In this document: piece by piece, positions 1-9,284 of the stretch
Layout of the letters: each line of letters begins with the position of its first letter
Position numbering within the stretch: the stretch's first letter is position 1
From: a virus
Lineage: Duplodnaviria > Caudoviricetes
DNA length: 34,712 nt
Strand: one strand, 5' to 3'
Virus record (IMG/VR): IMGVR_UViG_3300006641_000089
Location: 1-34,712 of that record
The notes under the pieces: model-generated
Database searches by the model: none
What the model was told of the DNA's origin: nothing
The model's input: only the letters and a program-made list of their open reading frames with translations
Made by a program: the position numbers and the translations under genes

Positions 1-3000
1 CAGTAACTATTCCGCCGGGTGCCAGTGTTATTCCTGCTATCCATGCATTATTCGCTGAATTTCCTACATTTATATTTAAGGTATTTGACCAACCATTTGG
101 ATAGATATTATTATTACCTGTTTGAAGGTATGTTGATGCATACGAATAACCACCAGCTATAATTGATCCTGAAAAAGTTATAGTTGCACTAGTTGATCTA
201 TATATTCTCGCGCCAGTATCGTCGCCGAATTGAATACCGCTAGTTGCCGCAGTTGGGCTTGGACCACCTATCTGCAAAGATGTCGCCGCAGTAGTTGTTC
301 CAATTCCAACATAATTGCCGTTATCATTTATATATATAGCACCCCTGTTATTAAATATTTTTACGTTTCCTAAATTATGCGAAATTCTAAACTGAAGAGC
401 ATTGCTTGCCGAAGTATTATAACTTGAATAAACAATTCCTGAATCACTGCCATAAAAATTAATACCAAAATGATTAATAACACTTAAAACACTTGTACTC
501 GCAGGATCAACATAATAACCAGTATCATTACTATCATAAAATATTGGCGCTCTAAAACTATTTGCCGCTTCTACATAAGATCTTGGAAAATATGAATAGC
601 CGCTATTCATTATTCTCAATCCTATTTGTGGACCTGTAGCATAACTATCTGTCGTTGCAAAGGCCATGTGTGTGCCTTCATTACTATTATTATGAACATA
701 TATTCCAGCTTGAGCTTCGTCTGCGGTTCCGCCTTGAAATGTTATCGCCGCTTCTTTACCGGCTCCATTAGTTCCGCTTCCATTATTAAAATGCAAACCG
801 CCAAGAATAGTTTTTGCAACATTAAATGTTCCATTTGCTAAACTTGAAGCTGTATTATAAGTAGTTTTTGTTAAATAAACAATTGATGTACTTGCAGGAT
901 TTAAATAATAATTCGTATCATCACTGTCGTAGAAAATTGGAGCGCGAAAATCAGAAGCCGCTCGAATTGGAGTGGTTCCCCAACCAATATCACGACCCAT
1001 TAAAATTATACCTGTAGAATTTTGATATATAAAAGCAGATTCAACTGAAGTTCCAGAATCATGTATAACAAATTCCCATTCATCAGAGCAATTTGCTACA
1101 ATACCAGCAGTAATACTTGAGGTCCAAGTTCCATTTAAAAAGTTATAATTATATCCGATATTTCCGAGTATTAAAATACCGGGATAACTTTGATTCGTCG
1201 TCCAATTTCCTATTGTTAAATTATATAAATTAGATGCTGAATTTGGATTTACATAATAAGTTGTATCATCACTATCATAAAATATAGGAGATCTCGCGCT
1301 GTTCAACATTGTTGTATATCCAGCACTAATTTGAAAAGATCCAGCATTAGTAGATAAACCTGAATATGGTGATTGACTATTATCAACCCAAATGTTAGTT
1401 TCTGTTGCGCTATTTTTACCAGAAGCATATGCGCTGCCTAAAATTCTAAGTCTTGCATGAACAGTACCATCTAAATAAATAGTTTTATTCCAGCCGCCAG
1501 AGTTTTCGAAAGTTGTTTGATTGCCGACGTGAACGTGACCGACAACTTGTAAATTTGTATCTGGACTCGCAGCTCCGATACCAACATTACCAGTACCATT
1601 TTGAACTGTTAATCTATAAGCCGAATCATAGATATAAAATTGATTATTATTAGTTCCATTGCCGCCATTATTTGTTCCTACTTGCCAATCACCATTTAAA
1701 CTAAAAAATCTAATATCTTGCTCAGTAGAACTTCCATTTCCTATTCTTACATCACCTCTTACATCTAATGCATATGTAGTAGTTGTTGTACCTATACCAA
1801 CTTTACCAGCAACTAATAACGATATTCCAGTATTACCCGGATCTAAATAATAATTTGTATCACCACTATCGTAGAAGACTGGTGCGCGAAAATCTCCCGT
1901 GGATGTAAAAGTTCCTCTTATAACGCCTCCACCATCTTGCCCTTGATTTATCCAAAATGTAGTAGCACTAGCTATAACATTCCCATTTGTTTGATATACG
2001 TCCTCATCTATCGTTCTAAAAAGTTGTCCATTGTCAGCGGCTCCATAAACTGTAACTCCTTCATTATCAATTACTAAACCACCAGTATCATTATCTGATA
2101 CTTCAATATTTATAGATCCATATGATACGTTATTATAAAATGGATATCCTCCAGCAATAGTTCCTTGACCAGCAGAACGCCATTGTATACAAGCCGTAGC
2201 AGCAGTATTTAAATTTATTTTATTTAGTATTGATGTGCTTGCAGGATCGCAATAATAAGCCGTATCATTATAATCGTAAAATACTGGCGCTCTTAATGAA
2301 TAAGGAGAATAGGCGTAACTTCCACCTAAAACATATAGACTTCCAACGTTTAGATTTAGAACTCTTGAAGATACTCCAACATCTCTACAATATATCCAAC
2401 CTTGACTTGTTGAATTGTCATAACCAAACGAAAGACCTCTTCTTGCGGCATCTCCAATTTCAAAAATTCCTGAGTCTGAAGGCGCACTAACTGCTCCTTT
2501 AACATGAAGACTAGAAGTAGGATTTGTAGTTCCCACTCCAACGTTATTACCATTATCATTTAAGAATAAAGCGCCCCTATTATTAAATATTTTTACATTT
2601 GCTGCGCTATGCAAAACTCTAAATTGAAGAGCGTTACTCGCAGCCGTATTATAACTTGAATAAACAGAAGCCGAATCTCCGCCGTAAGCGTTAGCGCCGT
2701 AATGATTGATAAGATTTAAAGAACTTGTACTCGCAGGATCACAATAATAATTAGTATCATTACTATCATAAAATATTGGCGTTCTCAATGAACCAGTAAT
2801 ATAAACGTTGGTTTCATTTCTATAGCCAAACATTATTTTTGTGCCATTTAATGAATTATCATGGCCCCAGAATGCCCATTCAGCATTTCCACCGCCAAGA
2901 GTCATCGAGCTAGGCATAACTGGATTTGCTCCAGTTCCATTATAAGAAATACTAAATCCATAATTATTCGAAGAACCACTATTATTTTCAGTGAAGAAAA

Positions 3001-3715
3001 TTCTTCCTGAACCTTCTCCCGAAGAATCATTAACGCCTTCAATTCTTATAGATCTTCCAGAAGTTCCAGCCGAATCTCTAATTCCTAAATCAATGAAATT
3101 TTTTAGGACAGTTCCTGTATCAGGATTTACATAAAAATTACCATCACCACTGTCATAAAATATAGGCGCGGCTATTGCGCCTGAAGAAATAAGATTTCCG
3201 GGTGCGCCAAGATCTAAATCGACACTAACAGCAACAGTTACGACAGCTGCATAATTACTTAAATTACCGGGATTAGTTCCATCTGCAATCCAATTTTTAA
3301 CAATCCATCCACTAGATTGTTCATTTTGAGTAATAATAACTTCTGGAGCATCAGAATTATTATCAAGATAAACTTGCAACATAGCGCCATCATAAGTACC
3401 GCCTTTTTTAATTCTTATGTATCTAAAAGGACTAGTACTATAATAATCATTATGAAGAACTGTTATTCTATCTCCGTTTGAATAAAAATGAGAAGCTATA
3501 AAATGAACACTTTGATGGCAGCCACTAGAAAAATCATTAATCATGAATAGAGCAGACGCTCTATCGCCGGGATTAACAGCTATTGTATACCAAGCGCCAC
3601 CAGCCGCTGTTCCAACAAAATTAGCAAATTGTTTTGCGTCAACATAATTAGTATAATTACCAGCGTGCAGAGCTAGATTTCCACCTATTGTCGTTCCTGT
3701 TAATAATGAAGCCAT
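1..3715 (-). CDS. Long mosaic tail or virion fibre protein, 3'-truncated by the window edge (at least 1238 aa)
   Basis: ATG at 3715-3713 lies 2 nt after the stop of the upstream gene. Hand translation begins MASLLTGTTIGGNLALHAGNY and the same frame reads ...GITLAPGGIVT at position 2. It is absent from the ORF track, consistent with no stop inside the window. It has seven [RA][AST]P[IV]FYD..D..[YF]Y..P repeats and several VG[IV]GT-type fibre repeats. Confidence 0.88.
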   Translation of the reverse strand, partial: MASLLTGTTIGGNLALHAGNYTNYVDAKQFANFVGTAAGGAWYTIAVNPGDRASALFMINDFSSGCHQSVHFIASHFYSNGDRITVLHNDYYSTSPFRYIRIKKGGTYDGAMLQVYLDNNSDAPEVIITQNEQSSGWIVKNWIADGTNPGNLSNYAAVVTVAVSVDLDLGAPGNLISSGAIAAPIFYDSGDGNFYVNPDTGTVLKNFIDLGIRDSAGTSGRSIRIEGVNDSSGEGSGRIFFTENNSGSSNNYGFSISYNGTGANPVMPSSMTLGGGNAEWAFWGHDNSLNGTKIMFGYRNETNVYITGSLRTPIFYDSNDTNYYCDPASTSSLNLINHYGANAYGGDSASVYSSYNTAASNALQFRVLHSAANVKIFNNRGALFLNDNGNNVGVGTTNPTSSLHVKGAVSAPSDSGIFEIGDAARRGLSFGYDNSTSQGWIYCRDVGVSSRVLNLNVGSLYVLGGSYAYSPYSLRAPVFYDYNDTAYYCDPASTSILNKINLNTAATACIQWRSAGQGTIAGGYPFYNNVSYGSINIEVSDNDTGGLVIDNEGVTVYGAADNGQLFRTIDEDVYQTNGNVIASATTFWINQGQDGGGVIRGTFTSTGDFRAPVFYDSGDTNYYLDPGNTGISLLVAGKVGIGTTTTTYALDVRGDVRIGNGSSTEQDIRFFSLNGDWQVGTNNGGNGTNNNQFYIYDSAYRLTVQNGTGNVGIGAASPDTNLQVVGHVHVGNQTTFENSGGWNKTIYLDGTVHARLRILGSAYASGKNSATETNIWVDNSQSPYSGLSTNAGSFQISAGYTTMLNSARSPIFYDSDDTTYYVNPNSASNLYNLTIGNWTTNQSYPGILILGNIGYNYNFLNGTWTSSITAGIVANCSDEWEFVIHDSGTSVESAFIYQNSTGIILMGRDIGWGTTPIRAASDFRAPIFYDSDDTNYYLNPASTSIVYLTKTTYNTASSLANGTFNVAKTILGGLHFNNGSGTNGAGKEAAITFQGGTADEAQAGIYVHNNSNEGTHMAFATTDSYATGPQIGLRIMNSGYSYFPRSYVEAANSFRAPIFYDSNDTGYYVDPASTSVLSVINHFGINFYGSDSGIVYSSYNTSASNALQFRISHNLGNVKIFNNRGAIYINDNGNYVGIGTTTAATSLQIGGPSPTAATSGIQFGDDTGARIYRSTSATITFSGSIIAGGYSYASTYLQTGNNNIYPNGWSNTLNINVGNSANNAWIAGITLAPGGIVT
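491..3172 (-). repeat. Seven dispersed RAPIFYDSxDTxYYxDPASTS-type junction repeats inside the fibre gene
   Basis: Copies at about 491-553, 884-946, 1232-1294, 1826-1888, 2231-2293, 2723-2785 and 3122-3172, all in the same frame. Copies 491-553 and 2723-2785 match at 58 of 63 nt by hand alignment. Confidence 0.9.
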
Positions 3716-3717
3716 AA

Positions 3718-6700
3718 TTATTTATTCTTTAATTTTTCTACTTCTTCTTTAAGTTCTTTTACTGATTTTATTAATAATACAGTTAATCTAGAGTAATTGA
3801 CGGATTCAATTTCTCCATTATCATTTTTATTAATCAACTCTGGAAATAATTCATATAATTCTTCGGCAATAATACCATATTCACGGTTATTTTTATTATC
3901 TTTCTTATTATATGTTACAGGACGAATTTCGCATAGTTTTGGCAGTATATTTACATCAATATTTTTAATATTCTCTTTATAACGTATAGAAGAAGATTCT
4001 GTGAAAGATCCAGAGATAGTGATATTAGAAGAACCTCCTCTGTATATTCTTGTTCCAGTATCATCACCAAATTGTATTCCTCCTGTTACTGAAGTTGGTG
4101 ATCCTGTATTGATTTGTAATAATGTAGCTGGAGCAGTTGTTCCTATGCCGATTTTACCATCAGCTTTTATTCTAACTACTCCAACGGTTCCTCCAGTAGA
4201 TTTTTCTACATGTAAATTTTGACTTAAAACTGTAGCTCCGCCTCCATAATTTATATAACCAGCAGTAGCAGATGCGCCATTATAAAAATTTAATTGGTCT
4301 CCACTTTGAATTTTTACAACATAATTTAAATCATATGTTCCAAATATTATTTCACCACTACCCGCTCTAACATCAAGCACTCCAACAGGATTTGTTGTTC
4401 CTATACCAACATTACCTGCATTTGTAATCAAAACTCTTGTAGTATTATTTGTTAAAAATAATAAAGGTGAATTTGAAGCTACTTGTATTGCAGCTTGATT
4501 TGCGTTTCCATAATAACCTCTGATATAAACATCAGCTCCAGATGCATTTTCTCTAAAAAAAGAATAATCACCAACAACACTTAATCTTCCAGTAGCACTA
4601 GTAGCACCTATCGCCAAATTTCCCGACGCATCGAGAGTCATGAACTGGTTCAAAGAAACTGCGCTATCTACAGCTATTGAAGTTGCTATTCCAGATCCAA
4701 ACCAATAGTGATTAGCGCCGCGTATAGTATAAGCACCCCTATAAAGAGCAACGCCAGAAGAACTAACGAAAGCGCCAGCGCCAGTAGTTGCAGGCCATAC
4801 ACCATAGCCAAGAACTGGGCCGCCATTAGATTGCTCGCTTCCAAAAGTTGTGATTGCTCCATTACTATAATTACCAGCAAGTATTTTACTTCCAGCGACA
4901 GAAGTTGCAGATCCAGCAGTTATGTAACCAGCACTAAGACCCAAATTCCCAGACGCATCAAGCGTCATTTTAGGTGAAAAAGTAAAAGTATTTGTAGCAG
5001 TTCCATTCCCAGCATTATACCAAGTGTGTACTCCCTGATATTGTTCGTATCTTGTTGCGTAACCGTTATTTATATATACAGCAGAACCGCCGCTATTGTA
5101 GTAGCAGTTATTCATCAATCCAGTATCGCCTGCATCGTTTGACTGAAGTGCAGTGTATGCGTTTAACTGAATTGCTTTATCAGTAGTTCTCCAAGCCTTA
5201 GGCGTAACCCCAATCCCGAGGTTGCCTGAGGCAGTCAATACTGCTAATGAACTATATCCAGAATTATATGCTGTTGCGCTGTATTGAAAATAAAAGTCTC
5301 CAGCGGATGGTTTTATTTTCCAATTTTTATTTCCAGTAGTTTCGCTGAATATTATTGATGGATCACTAGTAGCTCTTACTCGTATTTCTCCATCTCCAGC
5401 ACTAACCACGTCAAGTTTCGTAGAAGGACTTGTAGTTCCAATTCCCAATCCAGTTGAATTCAGTGTGACTAAAGTCGTTACAGTAGCGCCACCTCCAACA
5501 GATCCAACAGTTCTGAAAACTAAACTACGAGTATCTGCCCAATCAATATAACTAGATCCAGCTGATCTATATAATGATAATCTGCCACCTAAAGCATATA
5601 TATCAGATGATGTATTAATAATACCATCAACATCCAATTTATAAGCAGCAGATGTTACACCTATACCAACATTGCCTCCAGATGGATTTAATAATAATGG
5701 TTCAACACCATTTGATCCGCCTCCATTATCATAACTAGCTTGAATCCAACCACCATAAGGACCAAGTGTATTAGCGCCAACGCCTAATTGTAATCTAACT
5801 AAATTTCCAGTTCCCGAAACAGTAATACCAGCAGTGTTCGAAGCGTCTGCTGTTGAAATAGTATTTGTACTTGGAACAGCAACTGTTAGTTTAGAATAAG
5901 GTGTTATTCCTATTCCTGTGTTACCAGCAAAATAAGCATTTCCATTACCATATAATCTAACATTATAATTTGTGCCATCATGTATGGCTAAAGCATATGA
6001 TGCAGTATTTGCAACATTTATTCTTAATCCGTAATCATATCCAACTTTATCAACTGTTATACCCCAATCAGAACTTGATCTATCTGATACATATAAAACA
6101 GAATCAGTATTTCCAATAGTTACAGGATTAGTATTTCTATAAAAAATAACTGATCCATTATCTACGCCGCCAGCAATTAAACTACCAACAACTTCTAATT
6201 TAGCAGATGGATTATTTGAACCTATTCCAACTTTATTATTTCTAACAACAAGATCATTTTGTCCATATTGACCCATGACAACTCTATCATCCGCAAATAC
6301 TTCAAATACCGGCAATCCCGCATTATTATTAACCGATAATAAACTATCAGTTAAATCATCTATAACGCTAAATAACGTGCCGCTTGTACCATCAGCTCTT
6401 ATTAATGTCGCGCCAGAAGTAGTTGAATTTACATGTAATCTACTTGATGGACTTGTTATGCCTATACCAACATTACCAGTACTATTATCAATACGAACTT
6501 TTTCAGATCCGCTGAATTGAAAAGAAATTGGTCCATTTTGACTATTGATATTAAATAATGCGCCATAAGTACCAATTGTTCCCAAAATATTTGTGGAAGC
6601 TGTTGTTCCAAAAAATAAATAAGCTCCACCATTATCTCCAAAAAGACTAGCTCTATAACTTCCAGTTCCTGCCATCGATACACCAGCTACTTCCAATTTA

Positions 6701-9213
6701 ACAGCGGGATTTGTTACTCCTATACCGACGTTTCCTTCTACAATTAAACCATTTGCTGGGCCAGCTGTATTATAATTTGAACCGATGCTTGCCGCTCCAT
6801 TTACAGATAACTTATTTGCTGGACCTGTAAATCCAACGCCAACATTTCCACCGCTCGCGTTGAATGAAATATTTTTATAACCTACATTTTGTTCAACTGC
6901 TTGAAATGAATAATAACCATCTGAATTAGAGCCTCTTTGAATAATTAATTGAAAATCATTTGCTCCACCAGTTGCAGTTCCGAAAGTTAAACAATATCCA
7001 ACGTTTGTTTTTAATGCTGCATCAGCAATACTAAGTCTACAATTATTTATTACACTTACGGTTCCTATAATAACATTTCCTGAATTATCAATTACTTGTC
7101 TTGGATTTCCAGCGCCATCCGAAAGAACGATATAGTTGTTTGAAGTACGGATATCCAGACCGCCATTATTGCCACTATAATTTCCGAGAATGGTATTTCC
7201 GCCACCAGTTGTAATTGCTGAACCAGCCGCATACGTATTTCCGCTATTTGCTCCACCGACAAATGTATTATTACTTCCTATTGTTAGCGAATAACCAGCT
7301 TGTGGCCCAATAATTGTATTGTTCTTTCCAGATGTAACATTATAACCAGCTTGATAACCAACAGCAGTATTATATTCACTTGAAGTTAATGTTGCTACTG
7401 CTAACGATAATCCACTTCCAGTTCCACCAAGTGCAGCAGCAAGCGCAGTTAGAACAGTAGTAGTATCTTTAAATCCAACTCCGCCATTAACTATTGAAAC
7501 AAGTGTTACAGCGCCTCCAGATACCGTAATGTTTGCTGTTGGATAGTTTGTAGCAGTAGATCCACTAACATAAACAAGCTGAACGTTGCTATAAGTTCCA
7601 TTACCATATCCAGATCCACCATTTGAAATTGTTACAGTTGCAACTTGAGTTGTCCCATAAAAAAGAGCTTGAGAACCAATAGAAGTATTGTATGAACCAA
7701 TTTTATTTGTATTAAGAGATTGTTTGCCAATGGCTGTATTATTACTTCCAGTTATACTATAATAACCAGAATACGCTCCAATAAAAGTATTAAAATTTCC
7801 AGTTGTATTTGAATAACCAGCGCCAAGTCCTAATGCAACATTTTCAATACCATCTGTATTTGCAGAAAGAGCGGTATTGCCAACTGCGGTATTTTCAACC
7901 TTTCCATTACCACCACGTCCAATACTTACGCCATTAAATGACCAAGAACCTGAAGCAGTTCCAAGTCCAGCAGCAGAAATTGTTAATGAAGTAGCAAATG
8001 TAGCAATTTGTGTAACTGTAGCTGTACCTGCTAAAGTTCCAGAATTTGTACAAGTGATTATTTGTCCAACGCTAGGTAATACAGATATACCGCTGAAATT
8101 AGCTTGCCATTGACCTAAATTAGTATTTCCGGTTGTTGTTACTGTATATTGTTGACCGCTTGTAACAGATTGAGTTGCGCCAGCTATTCCTGATGGAGCA
8201 TTTAACCAAGTATGAACTCCTGAATTTTGAGAATAATAAGATGCTGGCGCATTTGAATTGTACCTTAACTGTCCATTGTAAAACCAGTTAGCGCCATAAT
8301 ACGCTATAGAATTACTAGATACTATAGTTCCAGCAGTAGGAAGCTGTATTATAGTAGAACCATAACTACTCCACGCACTAGGCGTAACTCCTATTCCAAT
8401 ATTTCCATTTAATAATGTATAACCAGTACCACTTGGAGTTAATGTGATATTTTGATCTGATCCACCCGCAGAAATTGTGATACCAGCAGTTCCAGTAATA
8501 TTTCCAACATTTGATAAATTTCCAGATACATTATTAGTACCATCGAAATTTTGACCCCAAAGAGTATGAGAAGGTATGGCTGAAGCTGAACTAGCATTTC
8601 CGTTTAAAGCTCCAACGAAAGTCGTCGCTGTGACATTACCATTTTGATTAATTTTTAAAGCTGGAGTTGTAAATGTTGTTCCTCCAGTTGTAGTAGAAGG
8701 AACAAAGCAAATAGCATTTGCTTCTATTCCTTGAACATCCATTCTCCAGTTATAAAATGTACTTGCCGCAGTTTCTACGTCGAAATTTATAGCAACATTA
8801 CCAGAAGTTTCTCTTAACCAAACGGTTGAATAATTAGAAGATGTTCCATTTATATCTAATTTTCCAACTGGACTTGCAGTTCCTAAACCTAAACGATTAT
8901 TTTTTAAAACTAAATCATTTTGTCCATATTGACCAGCAACTATTCTATCATCAGCAAAAACTTCGAATACAGGTAATCCCGCGCTATTATTAGCACTTAA
9001 TAAACTATCACTTAAGTCATCAACTACACTCAATAAAGTTCCGTTTGTGCCATTTACTTTTAATATAGTTGATGACGCTGTATTTGAGGTTACGACTAAA
9101 CTACTATCTAAATTAAATTCTACTCCAGAAATATTCAACGTTTTAGTTGAATTACTTCCATCAGTAAATTCTATTTTACTACTCGCAGGAGTTATTAGTA
9201 CGTTACTTGCCAT
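3718..9213 (-). CDS. Long tail fibre or spike (1831 aa) with YadA-like NTAVG repeats, GNVGIG repeats and a C-terminal peptidase S74 intramolecular chaperone domain
   Basis: Gly/Ser/Thr/Asn-rich, with many GNVGIGxTxP repeats and NT[AFS][VI]G repeats. The C-terminus SSIRYKENI..RPVTY..YGIIAEEL..VNYSRLTVLLIKSVKELKEEVEKL is the typical S74 autocleaving chaperone pattern. Confidence 0.88.
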   Translation of the reverse strand: MASNVLITPASSKIEFTDGSNSTKTLNISGVEFNLDSSLVVTSNTASSTILKVNGTNGTLLSVVDDLSDSLLSANNSAGLPVFEVFADDRIVAGQYGQNDLVLKNNRLGLGTASPVGKLDINGTSSNYSTVWLRETSGNVAINFDVETAASTFYNWRMDVQGIEANAICFVPSTTTGGTTFTTPALKINQNGNVTATTFVGALNGNASSASAIPSHTLWGQNFDGTNNVSGNLSNVGNITGTAGITISAGGSDQNITLTPSGTGYTLLNGNIGIGVTPSAWSSYGSTIIQLPTAGTIVSSNSIAYYGANWFYNGQLRYNSNAPASYYSQNSGVHTWLNAPSGIAGATQSVTSGQQYTVTTTGNTNLGQWQANFSGISVLPSVGQIITCTNSGTLAGTATVTQIATFATSLTISAAGLGTASGSWSFNGVSIGRGGNGKVENTAVGNTALSANTDGIENVALGLGAGYSNTTGNFNTFIGAYSGYYSITGSNNTAIGKQSLNTNKIGSYNTSIGSQALFYGTTQVATVTISNGGSGYGNGTYSNVQLVYVSGSTATNYPTANITVSGGAVTLVSIVNGGVGFKDTTTVLTALAAALGGTGSGLSLAVATLTSSEYNTAVGYQAGYNVTSGKNNTIIGPQAGYSLTIGSNNTFVGGANSGNTYAAGSAITTGGGNTILGNYSGNNGGLDIRTSNNYIVLSDGAGNPRQVIDNSGNVIIGTVSVINNCRLSIADAALKTNVGYCLTFGTATGGANDFQLIIQRGSNSDGYYSFQAVEQNVGYKNISFNASGGNVGVGFTGPANKLSVNGAASIGSNYNTAGPANGLIVEGNVGIGVTNPAVKLEVAGVSMAGTGSYRASLFGDNGGAYLFFGTTASTNILGTIGTYGALFNINSQNGPISFQFSGSEKVRIDNSTGNVGIGITSPSSRLHVNSTTSGATLIRADGTSGTLFSVIDDLTDSLLSVNNNAGLPVFEVFADDRVVMGQYGQNDLVVRNNKVGIGSNNPSAKLEVVGSLIAGGVDNGSVIFYRNTNPVTIGNTDSVLYVSDRSSSDWGITVDKVGYDYGLRINVANTASYALAIHDGTNYNVRLYGNGNAYFAGNTGIGITPYSKLTVAVPSTNTISTADASNTAGITVSGTGNLVRLQLGVGANTLGPYGGWIQASYDNGGGSNGVEPLLLNPSGGNVGIGVTSAAYKLDVDGIINTSSDIYALGGRLSLYRSAGSSYIDWADTRSLVFRTVGSVGGGATVTTLVTLNSTGLGIGTTSPSTKLDVVSAGDGEIRVRATSDPSIIFSETTGNKNWKIKPSAGDFYFQYSATAYNSGYSSLAVLTASGNLGIGVTPKAWRTTDKAIQLNAYTALQSNDAGDTGLMNNCYYNSGGSAVYINNGYATRYEQYQGVHTWYNAGNGTATNTFTFSPKMTLDASGNLGLSAGYITAGSATSVAGSKILAGNYSNGAITTFGSEQSNGGPVLGYGVWPATTGAGAFVSSSGVALYRGAYTIRGANHYWFGSGIATSIAVDSAVSLNQFMTLDASGNLAIGATSATGRLSVVGDYSFFRENASGADVYIRGYYGNANQAAIQVASNSPLLFLTNNTTRVLITNAGNVGIGTTNPVGVLDVRAGSGEIIFGTYDLNYVVKIQSGDQLNFYNGASATAGYINYGGGATVLSQNLHVEKSTGGTVGVVRIKADGKIGIGTTAPATLLQINTGSPTSVTGGIQFGDDTGTRIYRGGSSNITISGSFTESSSIRYKENIKNIDVNILPKLCEIRPVTYNKKDNKNNREYGIIAEELYELFPELINKNDNGEIESVNYSRLTVLLIKSVKELKEEVEKLKNK

Positions 9214-9228
9214 AACCTATATATTAAA

Positions 9229-9234
9229 ATACAC
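9229..9234 (-). promoter_or_regulatory. GTGTAT variant of the putative phage late-promoter motif
   Basis: Minus strand reads GTGTAT-TTTAATATATAGGTT-ATG (start 9213), inside a 71-bp intergenic gap. Confidence 0.5.
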
Positions 9235-9284
9235 TAAATTGAGGCGCGAATTTGTTTTAATTACCATATTTAATTATAGTTAAT

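Noticed and set aside
626-2559. Short ORFs 626-841, 1659-1850, 2230-2490 (+) and 2356-2559 (-)
   Set aside because: They are shadows of the long minus-strand fibre ORF 1-3715, with no motifs or start signals of their own.
1-3000. GATC over-representation
   Set aside because: About 10 sites by hand in the first 3 kb is close to expectation, and many others arise from GGA-TCT (Gly-Ser) or GAT-CCx (Asp-Pro) codons. It cannot be supported without computation.
491-3172. Possible CRISPR array, DGR template/variable repeat pair or invertible shufflon
   Set aside because: The repeats are in-frame, degenerate at synonymous sites, direct rather than inverted, and spaced 350-600 bp. Mismatches are not adenine-specific, and no cas, reverse transcriptase or recombinase gene is in the window.
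9214-9284. Possible ncRNA, tRNA or terminator in the intergenic gap
   Set aside because: No convincing stem or cloverleaf. All intergenic gaps in the window are short and are explained by promoter, SD or terminator elements.
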